Notes: a model not told the origin generated them from the letters alone. A stretch of DNA of 64,000 nt from Candidatus Daviesbacteria bacterium RIFCSPLOWO2_01_FULL_39_23 (GCA_001776935.1 MFDN01000014.1:1464-65463), one strand, 5' to 3'; shown: positions 37,078 to 47,867, counted from the stretch's first letter. A program made the numbers and translations.

Positions 37078-38468
37078 CTTATTTTATGAACTTAAGGTCT
37101 CTGAGGCTATTTTTTTTGATCCTTATTGAGTATTTAAAAAGAAATATATACTGGGTGCTTGGTTTTTTTGCAGTGGTTTGCATTTTTTCTTTTCTGCAAT
37201 TTAAATTCAATCTGATTCATGCGCCGAATGTAATAAAAATAGGGATAATAGGCACATATCAGCAGCATGATTTGCCTCAGGAACTGACAAGGCTTATTTC
37301 CGAAGGCCTTACAACAGCGTCTGAGGAGGGTAAAATTATGCCTGTTTTAGTTAGCGGATGGGAAGTGAATAACGATGCAACTCAATATAAGTTTAAGCTC
37401 AAAGATAATCTTAAATGGTCTGATAATACGCAAATTTCTTCCTCAGATTTAGATTTTGCCATCCCAAATACCGTTGTGTCGTTCCCTGAAAAAGGGATAA
37501 TTCAGTTTAATTTGAAAGAATCATACTCTCCCTTTCCTTCGCTTTTAGTAAAGCCCGTATTTAAAAAAGGTACGCTTTTGGGCACCGGACCATACAAAGT
37601 TCAGAAAGTTGAAAAAAGCAGGATTTTTATCACAAAAATTACCCTTTCTCCAATTGACCCAAAATTACCGGGTATAATCATCCGTTTTTACCCCAGTGAA
37701 AAAGTTGCTGTTACGGGTTTTAATTTAGGAGAGGTGCAGGCGATTTTTGGTCTCAGCAGTCCGACAGCCTTTGCCGGCAATTCTCAGGTGGCCTTAAAGC
37801 AAAAGCCTGATTATTCAAAGATTGTGACTATCCTGTTTCAGGCCGAAGATCCTTTGTTGCAGAACCGATCCCTTCGTCAGGCGCTTGCTTATCAACTTCC
37901 TCAAATACCGAATGAGGAAATTGCCAATAATCCCTATCCCCCAAAATTATGGGCTTATAATAGCAGTTCTAAAAAATATTTCTCAAATCCGGGGGAAGCG
38001 CAGGATGCTTTGAAGCGGGCAAAGTCAAATATTTCGCAGGAAAAGCTAAAGTCAGAAATAATTTTAACTACAACTCCTAACTTAAGCGAAGTGGGTAAAA
38101 TTGCGGTTGATGCCTGGAAAGGACTGGGTTTTGACGCAAAGCTTCGGGTGGAATCCGGCATTGCACAAAATTTTCAAGCCCTGCTTATCACCCAAAGTAT
38201 TCCTGTGGATCCTGACCAGTACTTTTTATGGCATGCAACACAAACAAAAACCAATTTAACAAAGTATAATTCCAAAAGGGCGGATAAAGACCTGGAAGAC
38301 GGAAGGAAAATAATCTCCGAAGATGAAAGGCGCGAGGCTTACTTTGACTTTCAAAAAACCCTGCTGGAAGATACCCCGGCCGTATTTTTATACTTTCCCA
38401 AATACAACATTGCCTACCTTAAAAAAACAGAACCGCTTTTAAGCTTGGTTTTGGGCGTCCGTAATTAG
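37074..38468 (+). CDS. Solute-binding protein family 5-like (peptide/nickel ABC-type substrate-binding fold), membrane-anchored
   Basis: An N-terminal TM helix is followed by QYKFKLKDNLKWSDNTQISSSDLDFA, which resembles the SBP_bac_5 signature (TYxFxLRxxVKFHDGT). No cognate permease is nearby. Confidence 0.5.
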   Translation: MTYFMNLRSLRLFFLILIEYLKRNIYWVLGFFAVVCIFSFLQFKFNLIHAPNVIKIGIIGTYQQHDLPQELTRLISEGLTTASEEGKIMPVLVSGWEVNNDATQYKFKLKDNLKWSDNTQISSSDLDFAIPNTVVSFPEKGIIQFNLKESYSPFPSLLVKPVFKKGTLLGTGPYKVQKVEKSRIFITKITLSPIDPKLPGIIIRFYPSEKVAVTGFNLGEVQAIFGLSSPTAFAGNSQVALKQKPDYSKIVTILFQAEDPLLQNRSLRQALAYQLPQIPNEEIANNPYPPKLWAYNSSSKKYFSNPGEAQDALKRAKSNISQEKLKSEIILTTTPNLSEVGKIAVDAWKGLGFDAKLRVESGIAQNFQALLITQSIPVDPDQYFLWHATQTKTNLTKYNSKRADKDLEDGRKIISEDERREAYFDFQKTLLEDTPAVFLYFPKYNIAYLKKTEPLLSLVLGVRN

Positions 38469-38471
38469 ATT

Positions 38472-38852
38472 TTAAGCGTGAGCTTTGTGAGTTTGGCCGT
38501 TGCCGTTTGTTTTTAAAAGGGGGCTTTTGCGTAAAATATCAACTTCGTGTTGCAGGCTGCGCATTTGATGGGCCATATAAATTATTGCATTGTGGGCTTT
38601 ACCCTCATCTTCGCCAATTTTTTTCATGTATTCTTCTGTTTCCCTTAAACTCTGGGTGTTTTTAGTAACGGCAGATTGAACGGAAAGAGCTATGTAAATC
38701 ACCTCCAAAGAGGTGGCGGCTGCCAAAATAAGCAAAATGGCCTCGGTGGCGAGGCCAAATACCCTAAGGGTAAAAACTCCCCCAAAAAAAAGGGTGTTGG
38801 TAATCAGGAAAAAGAAGAATTTTTCAGATGGAGTAAGCTTTCTGACTGTCAT
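38472..38852 (-). CDS. Small membrane protein (DUF1003-like)
   Basis: 126 aa with two TM helices, then SVQSAVTKNTQSLRETEEY and a helical tail. This resembles the DUF1003 layout. Confidence 0.4.
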   Translation of the reverse strand: MTVRKLTPSEKFFFFLITNTLFFGGVFTLRVFGLATEAILLILAAATSLEVIYIALSVQSAVTKNTQSLRETEEYMKKIGEDEGKAHNAIIYMAHQMRSLQHEVDILRKSPLLKTNGNGQTHKAHA

Positions 38853-38982
38853 ATATTTCCTCCTCTAATACAACAAAAAAATCTCCTAACCTGCTCTTTT
38901 TAGGTATCTTAGAGATTTCAAATTTCATTGTCTACCCAACTGACCTTTATGTCAACCCCCCAAAATCAGGTTCAGAAAAGGC

Positions 38983-40077
38983 TTAGAACCAACCCTTTTT
39001 ACGGAAATAAAGGTACATCAAAAGTGCAGGAATTGTTGCCAAAATCATAATAATTATTAGAGTGGTGTATGTTCCAAAAAAAGTCCATGAACCCCCTTCG
39101 ATTCCGCCTGGAAGCAGGATATTCATACCGTAAAATGTTCCGACAATTGTAGCAGGGATTGAAAGGGTAAAAATTATTGTCAGTACGGACAAAATTGTGT
39201 TGGTTTTTTCGGTATTGATTGTAAAATCCGCATCTTTGTAAATATCAACTGTTTCCCTTGCTTCTTCCAAAGTTTCCCATGTCCTGTCCACTCTGTGGGT
39301 TATATCGGTATAGTAAACAGACAGATTGCTCTTTGAAAATTTTGTAACTCTTGCCGACATATCTGCAAGCAAAGCCCTCAGTGGACCAATAACTCTTCTC
39401 AGGCTGATTATTTTTCTTCGTAGTTGCCCAACCTGATAAACTCCTGAGACTTTATCATCAAACACGATGTCTTCCACCAGATCTACCTCGGTAAGTATTG
39501 AACGCAGGAGCGGGGACAATCCTTCAGTTAACTGTTCAATGATTGTATACAAAAGATGAGAAGAAGAGTTTCCGATATAGGCTTTGCGGCGGTCTTCATT
39601 GTCTTTGCAGTCTTCAAAAATCTTAGAAATTACGCTGTTTTCGTTTTCATGTATAGTAACAAGATAGTTGTGCCCCAGAAAGAAACAAAGTTGATTCATG
39701 CTTATGCTTTGATCAGAAATGTTGAGCGAAGGGAAGCGCAGGAGTATAAATATATACCTGTCTTCATCATTTTGTTCAATCTTGGGAAATTGGCTTTTAG
39801 ATACGCAGTCCTCAAGGTGCAGGGGATGGAAAGGGTATTTTTGAGCAAGCTCGCTGATTTCTTTGCGGGTGGGATTTTTAACATCCACCCATGTTATTTT
39901 GCCATGATTCACCGCCTGTATTTTTTCCTCTTTAGGCGCTGCATCTTCGTTTTTTTCACTGCTTTCTTTGACATTCAGAAAGCTTAAATAATATTTAAAT
40001 GCGCCGGCAATCCTTTTATGGGGTTTGCCGAGCAGGATTTGGATTTCTTTTAAAGTATCTTTTAGGTTCCTAGGCAT
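38983..40077 (-). CDS. corA: CorA-family magnesium/cobalt transporter
   Basis: A cytoplasmic domain is followed by two C-terminal TM helices carrying the FYGMN signature (GTFYGMNILLPGG). Confidence 0.8.
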   Translation of the reverse strand: MPRNLKDTLKEIQILLGKPHKRIAGAFKYYLSFLNVKESSEKNEDAAPKEEKIQAVNHGKITWVDVKNPTRKEISELAQKYPFHPLHLEDCVSKSQFPKIEQNDEDRYIFILLRFPSLNISDQSISMNQLCFFLGHNYLVTIHENENSVISKIFEDCKDNEDRRKAYIGNSSSHLLYTIIEQLTEGLSPLLRSILTEVDLVEDIVFDDKVSGVYQVGQLRRKIISLRRVIGPLRALLADMSARVTKFSKSNLSVYYTDITHRVDRTWETLEEARETVDIYKDADFTINTEKTNTILSVLTIIFTLSIPATIVGTFYGMNILLPGGIEGGSWTFFGTYTTLIIIMILATIPALLMYLYFRKKGWF

Positions 40078-40185
40078 AGCTTTCTCCTTTTAAAAAAGCG
40101 TAGGAAGAAAGGTTTCGTGTGTTCTTCTACGCTCCAGCAAGTTAAGTTTAGTCCTTATGATAAAAAGTTGTCAATACGGTAAAGA

Positions 40186-40638
40186 TCAGGGGGACGGAGG
40201 GGTTTTTCTGGTGTAAGTAGCATATATGCAGGCAGCGTCTAAAAGTTTTTCCTGCATGGTGTCAAAAACTTCTTTATAGGAGGCATTTTCCGGCAAAGGC
40301 AGTTTGTCATTTAAAGCAAAAAGCTTAAAAAAGTAGCGATGGGTGCCGGAAGGCGGACACGGTCCCTTATATGTTGTTTTGCCAAAATCATTCAATCCGA
40401 GCATGCCTCCATCCGGCACATCTGCTTCCCGGACTTTTTTTGTTTGAGGTTCAATATTAAATACCAGCCAATGGATAAAGTTGCCCGGAGCATCAGGGTC
40501 TTCTACAATTAAAACCAGACTTTTTGTATTTGCCGGTACCCCGGAAAATTCCAAAGGAGGACTGATATTTTCTCCTTCACAGGTGTATTTTTGAGGAATT
40601 TCTTTTTCCGGGGCAAAAGCAGGACTTTGAATTTTCAT
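40186..40638 (-). CDS. Phosphatidylethanolamine-binding protein (YbhB/YbcL family)
   Basis: LVLIVEDPDAPGNFIHWLVFNI...GPCPPSGTHRY shows the PEBP DPDxP and HR motifs. Confidence 0.8.
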   Translation of the reverse strand: MKIQSPAFAPEKEIPQKYTCEGENISPPLEFSGVPANTKSLVLIVEDPDAPGNFIHWLVFNIEPQTKKVREADVPDGGMLGLNDFGKTTYKGPCPPSGTHRYFFKLFALNDKLPLPENASYKEVFDTMQEKLLDAACIYATYTRKTPPSP

Positions 40639-40795
40639 ACCAGATGCCTAAAATATAAACTTCCCCGGTTAATTTTAAACTACGATTAAGCAAGAATTAG
40701 GTAAGAGAGTTTACTTGCAAAATTATTACAAAATTCCTACCATGTCTTTAAAAACTCCTGCTAATGTAGTATACTTCGCCTCCTAAAAAACAATT

Positions 40796-41269
40796 ATGGC
40801 TATTCCAGAAATTATGGTTAATCAGAGAGAGAAAGAAGTGCAAAGAGCCCTTGGACAATCAGGTATTCAAGAAGATGTTCAACCAGATGTTAAAGAGAGA
40901 CATGATATGCCTTTTATTCATTTTGTTAAATCCCGGGGTGGTATTACATTAGCCAAAATTGTTACAGAAGAATTTAGATCCGGGGACGAAAAAGTAGTAT
41001 GCGAGAATGCGGACTTTATTATCAGGCCTTTGTTAGCGTGTAGAGGCCGTATAAGGGAGGATTGTGAAATCATTTGGCATAATAAAGAAAGCGGAGAACA
41101 TTATAGAGTTGGCATGATTAATTCATCGGGTTGGAAGGATCGTTCCTGGCGTCATACCACCTTCCATAGCTTAGTAGCAAGAAGAGTACGAAGAGTGAAT
41201 GAACGTCTTGGTGTTATCCCAAGTGGCAATATTCTTCGTTCAGTTATTTTGCCTGCACGGAACCCCTAA
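40796..41269 (+). CDS. Hypothetical Arg/Trp-rich protein (member of a multi-copy family in this window)
   Basis: 157 aa. It shares blocks (HDMPFIHFVKSR / RRVRRVNERLGVIPSGNIL / SSGWKDRSWRH / LLACRGRIRE) with ORFs at 47488, 47897, 48336, 52457 and 62695. Confidence 0.45.
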   Translation: MAIPEIMVNQREKEVQRALGQSGIQEDVQPDVKERHDMPFIHFVKSRGGITLAKIVTEEFRSGDEKVVCENADFIIRPLLACRGRIREDCEIIWHNKESGEHYRVGMINSSGWKDRSWRHTTFHSLVARRVRRVNERLGVIPSGNILRSVILPARNP

Positions 41270-41341
41270 AAAAAGTTTTTACATATCAAACTCTTACCTA
41301 ATTTTAATCCTATTTTGATGCATGATTGCCATAATTAAAAG

Positions 41342-42106
41342 ATGGATAAAGACAGTTTAATGCGCATTGGTGATAAAGTTCTTTCAAAAATTCCTTTGCT
41401 TAAAAAAAAAGCCAAAATTGTAGCTAAAAAAGAAGTTGCCAAAGAAACTTTACTGGTTAAATTTAAAGTGGCTGAGGGAGAGGTAAATTTTAATCCCGGC
41501 CAATTTGTTTTTGTAGAGCTTCCAAAACTTCTTTACCCTGATGAAAACGGAAACCGGCATCACTTTACTATCTTAAATTCCCCCAATGAAAAGGGAATTA
41601 TTTCTATAACCACAAGAATCAGGGATACAGGTTTTAAGAGAACTCTAAGAGAGCTGCCAGAAGGCACGGAAGTTGAGGTCGGCCCTATTGCAGGATTTTT
41701 TACTTTGCCTAATGATGTTTCCAGGCCTTTGGTTTTTATAGCTTTGGGGATTGGAATCACACCATACATAAGTATGCTCCGCTATATTGAGGAAGAGGGT
41801 TTGAAGCATAAGGTGACTCTTATTTATTCTGATTCTGATGAGGAATCTTTGTCATATTTGGATGAGCTGAAGAAAATGGAAAAGAAAAATAAAAATTTTA
41901 AATTGGTTGTGACTATAACGGGCAAGAAAAAAAGTGGCCATGAAAACAGACATGTGAATGCAGACTTTATAAAAGATTATATTGATAACCCTAATAAATG
42001 TACTTTTTTTGTTTCAGGTCCGCCGAATGCAGTAGAATCTGTCAGTAAATCCTTAAAGGACGCAGGCATTGAAAATGTAAATACCGAAAACTTCAGCGGA
42101 TATTAA
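41342..42106 (+). CDS. FAD/NAD(P)-binding oxidoreductase (ferredoxin-NADP reductase-like fold)
   Basis: FNPGQFVFVELP...RHHFTI (FAD-binding), GPIAGFF, FIALGIGITPYISML (NAD binding) and FFVSGPP are present. Confidence 0.65.
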   Translation: MDKDSLMRIGDKVLSKIPLLKKKAKIVAKKEVAKETLLVKFKVAEGEVNFNPGQFVFVELPKLLYPDENGNRHHFTILNSPNEKGIISITTRIRDTGFKRTLRELPEGTEVEVGPIAGFFTLPNDVSRPLVFIALGIGITPYISMLRYIEEEGLKHKVTLIYSDSDEESLSYLDELKKMEKKNKNFKLVVTITGKKKSGHENRHVNADFIKDYIDNPNKCTFFVSGPPNAVESVSKSLKDAGIENVNTENFSGY

Positions 42107-42116
42107 TGTTGCCCGG

Positions 42117-43220
42117 TTAAGAGGATTCAGTTGGACTAGGGTTTGGAATATAGCCCCAGTACTGTTCAAATGCCTTCCTTGGATTTGCCTCCACATTATC
42201 AGTGGCAAACTGATTTTTCTTGGTTTTGGGATCTTTTAATAAGTTAAAAAGATCTTTTCTTGTTCCAACAAAAGTATGCGGATGTCCATCTACCAACTTT
42301 CCGATGGTCAGGTCAACTACCACTGCATTAGTATCTTTATAAACAACCACAAAAGGATGCTCTTTGCTGATAGGAGATGCGCTTGTATGAATTTGGGCAT
42401 TGACCCCCATAGCCTTAAGGTTCCGGTAAATTTCCCAGCTAAAAGTTCCGCTATGATTAAAGAGATAGTGTCTGACTTCCGGATTAACCTTGTCAGGATC
42501 TATTGATAAACCTTTATTGGTTGGTGTGACCTTAAATTTGGCAACCACTCTATTTTTTTCATCTTGTCCAAATCGGGTTTGCAAAGCCTTTTCTACGACC
42601 CTTTCCACAGATTTAACATTCAACTTGGTTCTTGCGCCCCTGGAAAAATCTTCTCTTCCCTCAATCATCCAGTCAAGGGCATCTGTAGTCAAAGGAGAGC
42701 CGGGAAAGTCATTAAGCAGGATTTCTTCAATACCCAGCTCAAATTTTCTGGCTACCAGCGTAGGATCCTCACTATGGCAATGGATGTTTTGGACATAAAT
42801 TGCAAAACCTTTTATCAATAGGCCGGAGGCGACTTTTCCCGGATGATCTTTATTTTCTGCCGGAAATTTCAACTCACCGCTGATCAGCTGCCTTCTAATT
42901 GCCCCAAAGGTTTCAGGGCACCTGTGGTCTGACATCACAGCAGGAGCTATTTTAATTTCCGTTAAGTTGGGCAATAGCTCGCCGGCTATTAATTCTTTGA
43001 AAGCGACGACGTTTGCATAGTAGTTTTGATCAGGGTTTCCCCCAGATGCTAAGATGGCATTTAATCTATTCAGAGCCAGATTAAAATGCTGATACCTTAC
43101 AGCAAACTCGGAAATATCATCTTTTATCATTGCTATATGTGGGGCCACAGGTTCAATGCCGTCAAAATGTCTTTCGGCTTTTGCGAGTAACCAGCTGCCA
43201 TTGTCTACTTCTGCTTTCAT
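42117..43220 (-). CDS. Hypothetical protein
   Basis: 367 aa with no TM segment and no recognised motif. It lies downstream of the 43262..43936 gene, near tRNA-Lys(CTT). Confidence 0.45.
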   Translation of the reverse strand: MKAEVDNGSWLLAKAERHFDGIEPVAPHIAMIKDDISEFAVRYQHFNLALNRLNAILASGGNPDQNYYANVVAFKELIAGELLPNLTEIKIAPAVMSDHRCPETFGAIRRQLISGELKFPAENKDHPGKVASGLLIKGFAIYVQNIHCHSEDPTLVARKFELGIEEILLNDFPGSPLTTDALDWMIEGREDFSRGARTKLNVKSVERVVEKALQTRFGQDEKNRVVAKFKVTPTNKGLSIDPDKVNPEVRHYLFNHSGTFSWEIYRNLKAMGVNAQIHTSASPISKEHPFVVVYKDTNAVVVDLTIGKLVDGHPHTFVGTRKDLFNLLKDPKTKKNQFATDNVEANPRKAFEQYWGYIPNPSPTESS

Positions 43221-43261
43221 CGATTAGGAAGTATACCAAGAAAGTTCCAAAAGTCAAAAAT

Positions 43262-43936
43262 TTACTGGTGGCTGGGGATAAAAACTTCATTGACAATTTT
43301 TTGCAGGTTAGAGTTTGTAGCCAGACGGTCTGAATGTGCCAGTACTCGCCTTTTTGCGGCATCAGATTGGTATGGTTTTATCCCATCTCTGATATATCCG
43401 GCCTCTTTGGCAATTTCTTCCGGTAAAGGGTCATAATAGGGATTTTCCGGGTGACACTGTCTTACCGCAAGAATGCAGCAGCCAATAAAAACAGATGTTT
43501 TTTCTATTTCCGTAATACCCCTCTGGGATTCAATTTGCGAGATTATTTTTTGCATCGGCTCCGGATACCCCACTACAGGCACGGGTAATAATTGAAGAAA
43601 AAGATAAGGTTTTGTATTTTTTGGATGTTTTGGGGGATTTTTGTAGGGTATTCTCTGCTTGTGTTCAGGAGAAGTATTCTCCGCTTCCGGCAATTCCCGT
43701 GATGCCAGATAGGCGTCGAATGATCTACGTGCAGTACAAATTGTAGTTCCCGCCAAATCACCATGCAGGGTATTAGTAATCGCAGGTATTTCCGGATCAG
43801 CAGGCTTAATAGGGTCTTCAATTGCAGAAGGCCTATTTGAAGGACCAGAAGGAGTTGTAAACTTGAGCTCAGCGCGAACGCGCTTAAAAAATTCGGTATC
43901 GTCAGACAAATCAAATTCAGGCTTTGGTCCGGGCAT
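43262..43936 (-). CDS. Hypothetical protein
   Basis: The ORF track extends to 44104 but would then overlap the tRNA-Lys. The first ATG clear of the tRNA is at 43936 (MPGPKPEF...). Confidence 0.4.
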   Translation of the reverse strand: MPGPKPEFDLSDDTEFFKRVRAELKFTTPSGPSNRPSAIEDPIKPADPEIPAITNTLHGDLAGTTICTARRSFDAYLASRELPEAENTSPEHKQRIPYKNPPKHPKNTKPYLFLQLLPVPVVGYPEPMQKIISQIESQRGITEIEKTSVFIGCCILAVRQCHPENPYYDPLPEEIAKEAGYIRDGIKPYQSDAAKRRVLAHSDRLATNSNLQKIVNEVFIPSHQ

Positions 43937-44000
43937 AACAAGGCGATTATACCTTAAAAGTAGCCATTTGTGCGGGAAGTTGTTAGAATAGGATTTGTAA

Positions 44001-44072
44001 TGGGCCGGTAGCTCAATGGTAGAGCAATGGACTCTTAATCCATCGGTTCTGGGTTCAAATCCCAGCCGGCTC
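44001..44072 (+). tRNA. tRNA-Lys (anticodon CTT), CCA not encoded
   Basis: GGGCCGG-TA-GCTC-AATGGTA-GAGC-A-ATGGA-CTCTTAA-TCCAT-CGGTT-CTGGG-TTCAAAT-CCCAG-CCGGCTC-A. The acceptor stem is identical to that of the Lys-TTT tRNA. Confidence 0.85.
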
Positions 44073-44147
44073 ACAGACAAAGGACTCTTGCAAAGATCAC
44101 ACATAATTCTTCTTTAAATCTTAAACTTTTGTGACAAGATTATCTAA

Positions 44148-44876
44148 ATGAATAAACCAATTTTCCTCATAGGACTTCTAATCCTTTTACTTTCCGGTGC
44201 AGCTTTGTATTTCCTTTCTGTAAAATCTGATACAACACAGGATAGAATAACTAATCCAAGTCCAACTGCCGAAAAGCAAAAACCCCTGACAAATGAGATG
44301 AGCTTTTTTGTAACCAGTGTTAGCCCCGGCAAAGGCGCGGATTTGGGAGGTCTTACAGGTGCAGATAGTTATTGCCAAAAGCTGGCTGAAGATGCCGGTG
44401 CAGGAAATAAAACCTGGCGGGCATATCTTAGTACTACTGCTACTGACAATATGTCTGCTGTTAATGCCCGGGACCGGATCGGAAACGGGCCCTGGAAAAA
44501 TTTCAAAGGAGAAATAATAGCAAATAATTTAGAAGATCTTCACAGCGATGCCAATAATATAAATAAACAAACTGCCTTAACTGAAAAAGGCGAGGTGGTA
44601 AACGGCAGGGGAGACACACCTAACAAGCATGATATGCTCACAGGTTCTACGCCGGAGGGCATGGCGTTTACCAAAAGCGAAGACACAACCTGTAAAAATT
44701 GGACCTCAAGTACGGAAGGATCAGCCATGCTGGGCCATCATGACAGATTAGGCACCAGCGATACTGAAGCTGCAAAATCCTGGAATTCCTCCCACCCTTC
44801 GCGGGGCTGCAGCAATGAAAACCTGGTCTCAACCGGCGGAGCCGGCCTGTTTTATTGCTTTGCTATTGAAAAATAA
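44148..44876 (+). CDS. Secreted protein, possible lectin-like / DUF1566-like C-terminal fold
   Basis: An N-terminal TM/signal segment is present. SYCQKLAEDAGAGNKTWRAYLS and the ending C...W...C...FYCFAIEK hint at a C-type-lectin-like fold. The call is weak. Confidence 0.4.
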   Translation: MNKPIFLIGLLILLLSGAALYFLSVKSDTTQDRITNPSPTAEKQKPLTNEMSFFVTSVSPGKGADLGGLTGADSYCQKLAEDAGAGNKTWRAYLSTTATDNMSAVNARDRIGNGPWKNFKGEIIANNLEDLHSDANNINKQTALTEKGEVVNGRGDTPNKHDMLTGSTPEGMAFTKSEDTTCKNWTSSTEGSAMLGHHDRLGTSDTEAAKSWNSSHPSRGCSNENLVSTGGAGLFYCFAIEK

Positions 44877-44899
44877 ACCCTTAGAGTATACTGGATTTA

Positions 44900-45592
44900 A
44901 TGCTGTATTTTCTCCTTTTTATAACAGAACTTATTTTGCTGTTTGTGTTATCAGGAAAATTAATCAATTCCTTAACTTCCATATTTTTCAGGATAACGCG
45001 CAGCCACCGGGCAGCAATTCACATTATGGCCATAATTTTTTTGCCCGGAACTATTTTTCATGAACTGGCCCATCTTTTATTTGCCGGGGTTATGCTGGTG
45101 CCTGTTGGAGAGCTGGATGTGGTGCCGCAAATAGAAGGACAATCAGTTAAGCTGGGAAGCGTACAAATTGCTAAAACAGACCCTTTAAGAAGGACAATTA
45201 TAGGCGTTGCGCCGGTTATTTTCGGCCTGCTATTAATCTTTACTGCCCTGTATTTTATTCAGTCTTCGGGTGAATTTATCTGGTGGCAGGCTGCTTTGGT
45301 TTTATATTTAGTCTTTGCCATTTGCAATACCATGTTTTCCTCAAAAAAAGACGTAGAAGGAGTAATCGGATTTTTAGTCGCAATATTTCTGGTATGTATA
45401 CTCTTAATTGCTTTTTTGTATTTCATAAATCCTTTGAGCCTGCAAAAAGTCTGGGTCTGGCTAAGCAATTTAAACTTAAACTTTGCAGAAAACTTTTTTA
45501 AATCAGCTGATCTTTACCTGTTAGTCCCCCTTGCTTTGGATGCGCTGATAGTTTTTACAGGCAGGTCTTTCAAAAGATTGTTCAAAAGTTAA
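44900..45592 (+). CDS. Integral membrane protein with an HExxH motif (putative zinc metallopeptidase, DUF3267-like)
   Basis: 230 aa with about 5 TM helices. FHELAHLLFAG sits at the start of a TM helix. Confidence 0.45.
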   Translation: MLYFLLFITELILLFVLSGKLINSLTSIFFRITRSHRAAIHIMAIIFLPGTIFHELAHLLFAGVMLVPVGELDVVPQIEGQSVKLGSVQIAKTDPLRRTIIGVAPVIFGLLLIFTALYFIQSSGEFIWWQAALVLYLVFAICNTMFSSKKDVEGVIGFLVAIFLVCILLIAFLYFINPLSLQKVWVWLSNLNLNFAENFFKSADLYLLVPLALDALIVFTGRSFKRLFKS

Positions 45593-45648
45593 TACGACTG
45601 GTATACTCAAGCTCAAAATGATATAATACATATTACCTGCATAATGCA

Positions 45649-45670
45649 CCCCGCACAGGCGGGGTTTTTT
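45649..45670 (+). terminator. Rho-independent terminator
   Basis: CCCCGC-ACAG-GCGGGG followed by TTTTTT, downstream of the 44900..45592 gene. Confidence 0.65.
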
Positions 45671-45698
45671 AGTTGGATTATGTTCAAAATAAATTACT

Positions 45699-47480
45699 AT
45701 GACAAACATAAGAAACGTTGCTATTATTGCTCATGTTGATCACGGCAAAACTACTTTAGTAGATGCCCTGCTTCGTCAATCAAAAACAAAGCTAGGAAAA
45801 GAATTCTCCGACTCCTCTGAGCTTATTATGGACAGCAATGATTTGGAAAAAGAGCGGGGGATTACCATTTTTTCTAAAAACGCCTCTGTAAACTGGAAAG
45901 ATACCAAAATTAATATCATAGATACTCCGGGTCATGCTGATTTTGGCGGGGAAGTTGAGCGGGTTTTAAAAATGGCTGACGGAGTCTTGCTTTTAATAGA
46001 TGCCAAAGAAGGCCCGATGCCCCAAACCCGTTTTGTTTTAAAAAAAGCTTTGGAGATGGGTCACAAAATTGTAGTTGTGATCAATAAAATAGACAAGCCC
46101 GATGCAAGAATAAATTATGTTATCAATAAAACTTTTGATCTGTTTTTAGAGCTGGGAGCAGATGAAGAAACTGCATATTTTCCGACTATTTATTCTTCCG
46201 GAAAGCACGGCAAAGCCGGGCTGGAAACAGATTTATCCAAAATGGATGATATTACACCTGTTTTTGATGCTATCCTGGAGCATATTCCGGCTCCTGCGGA
46301 TGATATCACAAGACCTTTGCAGATATTAATTACCAATACCATCTATGATAATTTTAAGGGCAGGATTGCAACAGGCAGAGTTTACAGCGGCACTGTTAAA
46401 GCAGGTCAGGAAATTGCCCACATAAACAGGGAGGGTGTTGTAAAAAAATTCAGGTTAACTTCTTTGATGGGATTTGAAGGCTTAGAAAGGGTCAATATAA
46501 ATGAAGCTCATGCAGGCGATATTATTGCCCTGTCCGGTATTCCAGATATTACCATTGGTGAAACAATTGCTGATCCGATAAACTCAATTGCCTTGCCGGT
46601 TTTGGAAATTGAGGAGTCAACTGTCAGGATGAATTTTGGGGTGAATACTTCCCCTTTTGCAGGCAGAGAGGGTGAATTTAAAACTGCCCGTCAAATCCGG
46701 GAAAGGCTTTACAAAGCAGCAGAAGCAGATGTAGCTTTAAATGTGGAAGACGGACCCTTAGGCGATCAAGTAGTCAGCGGCAGAGGAGAACTGCATCTTG
46801 CGATTTTAATAGAGAGATTAAGAAGGGAAGGGTATGAGTTCCAGGTCGGGAAACCGCAGGTTATTGAAAAAATGCAAGGCGGGAAGCTGGTGACCCCTTT
46901 TGAGAAAGTGGCAATAGAAGTGCCGGAGGAGATGTCCGGCACAGTCATGCAAAAAATGGGCCTGCGTCACGCAGAACTCCTGGACATGAACACGGAAAAC
47001 GGAGTGACTTTCCTCTTATTCATCATTGCCACCAAGGAATTTTTCGGATACAGGTCTCAATTTATGACAGACACAAAAGGCCTGGGGATTTTAAGCAGTT
47101 CTTTTTTAGAATATAGGGAGGATCTTGGAAGTAAATTTGAAAGAGGTCAGGGGTCTTTGGTGGTGCATGAGACAGGAAACACCAAACTATATGCTTTAAC
47201 AGGAGCACAGGATCGGGGAACCTTGTTTGTCGGCCCTGGGCTGGAAGTCTATAAAGGCCAGGTGATTGGAGTTTCTTCAAGAACAGGGGATATTGCCATA
47301 AACGTCTGCAAAGAAAAACAGCAGACAAATCACCGCTCCTCCGGTGAAGGGACATCCGAGCATTTTAATACCCCAAAATTGATGAGTTTGGAAAACGCCA
47401 TAGAATACATTGATGACACTGAGCTGGTAGAAGTCACCCCCAAAAATATCAGGATCAGAAAAATTGATTTAGGTAAATAG
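45699..47480 (+). CDS. typA: Translational GTPase TypA/BipA
   Basis: [26 protein letters not shown] and EF-G-like domains are present. Length is 593 aa. Confidence 0.95.
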   Translation: MTNIRNVAIIAHVDHGKTTLVDALLRQSKTKLGKEFSDSSELIMDSNDLEKERGITIFSKNASVNWKDTKINIIDTPGHADFGGEVERVLKMADGVLLLIDAKEGPMPQTRFVLKKALEMGHKIVVVINKIDKPDARINYVINKTFDLFLELGADEETAYFPTIYSSGKHGKAGLETDLSKMDDITPVFDAILEHIPAPADDITRPLQILITNTIYDNFKGRIATGRVYSGTVKAGQEIAHINREGVVKKFRLTSLMGFEGLERVNINEAHAGDIIALSGIPDITIGETIADPINSIALPVLEIEESTVRMNFGVNTSPFAGREGEFKTARQIRERLYKAAEADVALNVEDGPLGDQVVSGRGELHLAILIERLRREGYEFQVGKPQVIEKMQGGKLVTPFEKVAIEVPEEMSGTVMQKMGLRHAELLDMNTENGVTFLLFIIATKEFFGYRSQFMTDTKGLGILSSSFLEYREDLGSKFERGQGSLVVHETGNTKLYALTGAQDRGTLFVGPGLEVYKGQVIGVSSRTGDIAINVCKEKQQTNHRSSGEGTSEHFNTPKLMSLENAIEYIDDTELVEVTPKNIRIRKIDLGK

Positions 47481-47487
47481 TACTAAA

Positions 47488-47733
47488 TTATCTTACTCGA
47501 GTCGGGCGTTTACAGGAAGCTTGGCGTACTACGTCAGGTTTGTCAGTCAGTCCTGCGCCGTTACCTATTCTGGCAGTACACTTATAAGGCAATATGTTGC
47601 TAGGGTATAATCTTCTTCTTGCTTTTTGGTTAACAACAGCCAAGCTTGGCTTGTCATCCGGATTCCACTGATTAAGGGGGTACCGACATAGTCCCTGTTG
47701 AAAATATCCACAGCCTTCTACTTTACTTTTCAT
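47488..47733 (-). CDS. Small basic hypothetical protein (family member)
   Basis: 81 aa. The QKARRRLYPSNILPY block resembles RRVRRVNERLGVIPSGNIL of the 40796 protein. Confidence 0.3.
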   Translation of the reverse strand: MKSKVEGCGYFQQGLCRYPLNQWNPDDKPSLAVVNQKARRRLYPSNILPYKCTARIGNGAGLTDKPDVVRQASCKRPTRVR

Positions 47734-47867
47734 GGCTATAAAAATAGCACAAGTTATAAGATATCGTGAATAAGTAATAATTCAGGCTAATCTTTTTCCT
47801 GGTGCTTTTCATCCTGATCCTCATATTAGTTTTAGAATTTCATTTAATTCCTAAATCCTATAGTAGC

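Noticed and set aside
43937-44104. N-terminal extension of ORF 43262..44104 (MCDLCKSPLSVSRLGFEPRTDGL...)
   Set aside because: The extension is simply the reverse-strand translation of the tRNA-Lys(CTT) gene. The gene is re-called from the internal ATG at 43936.
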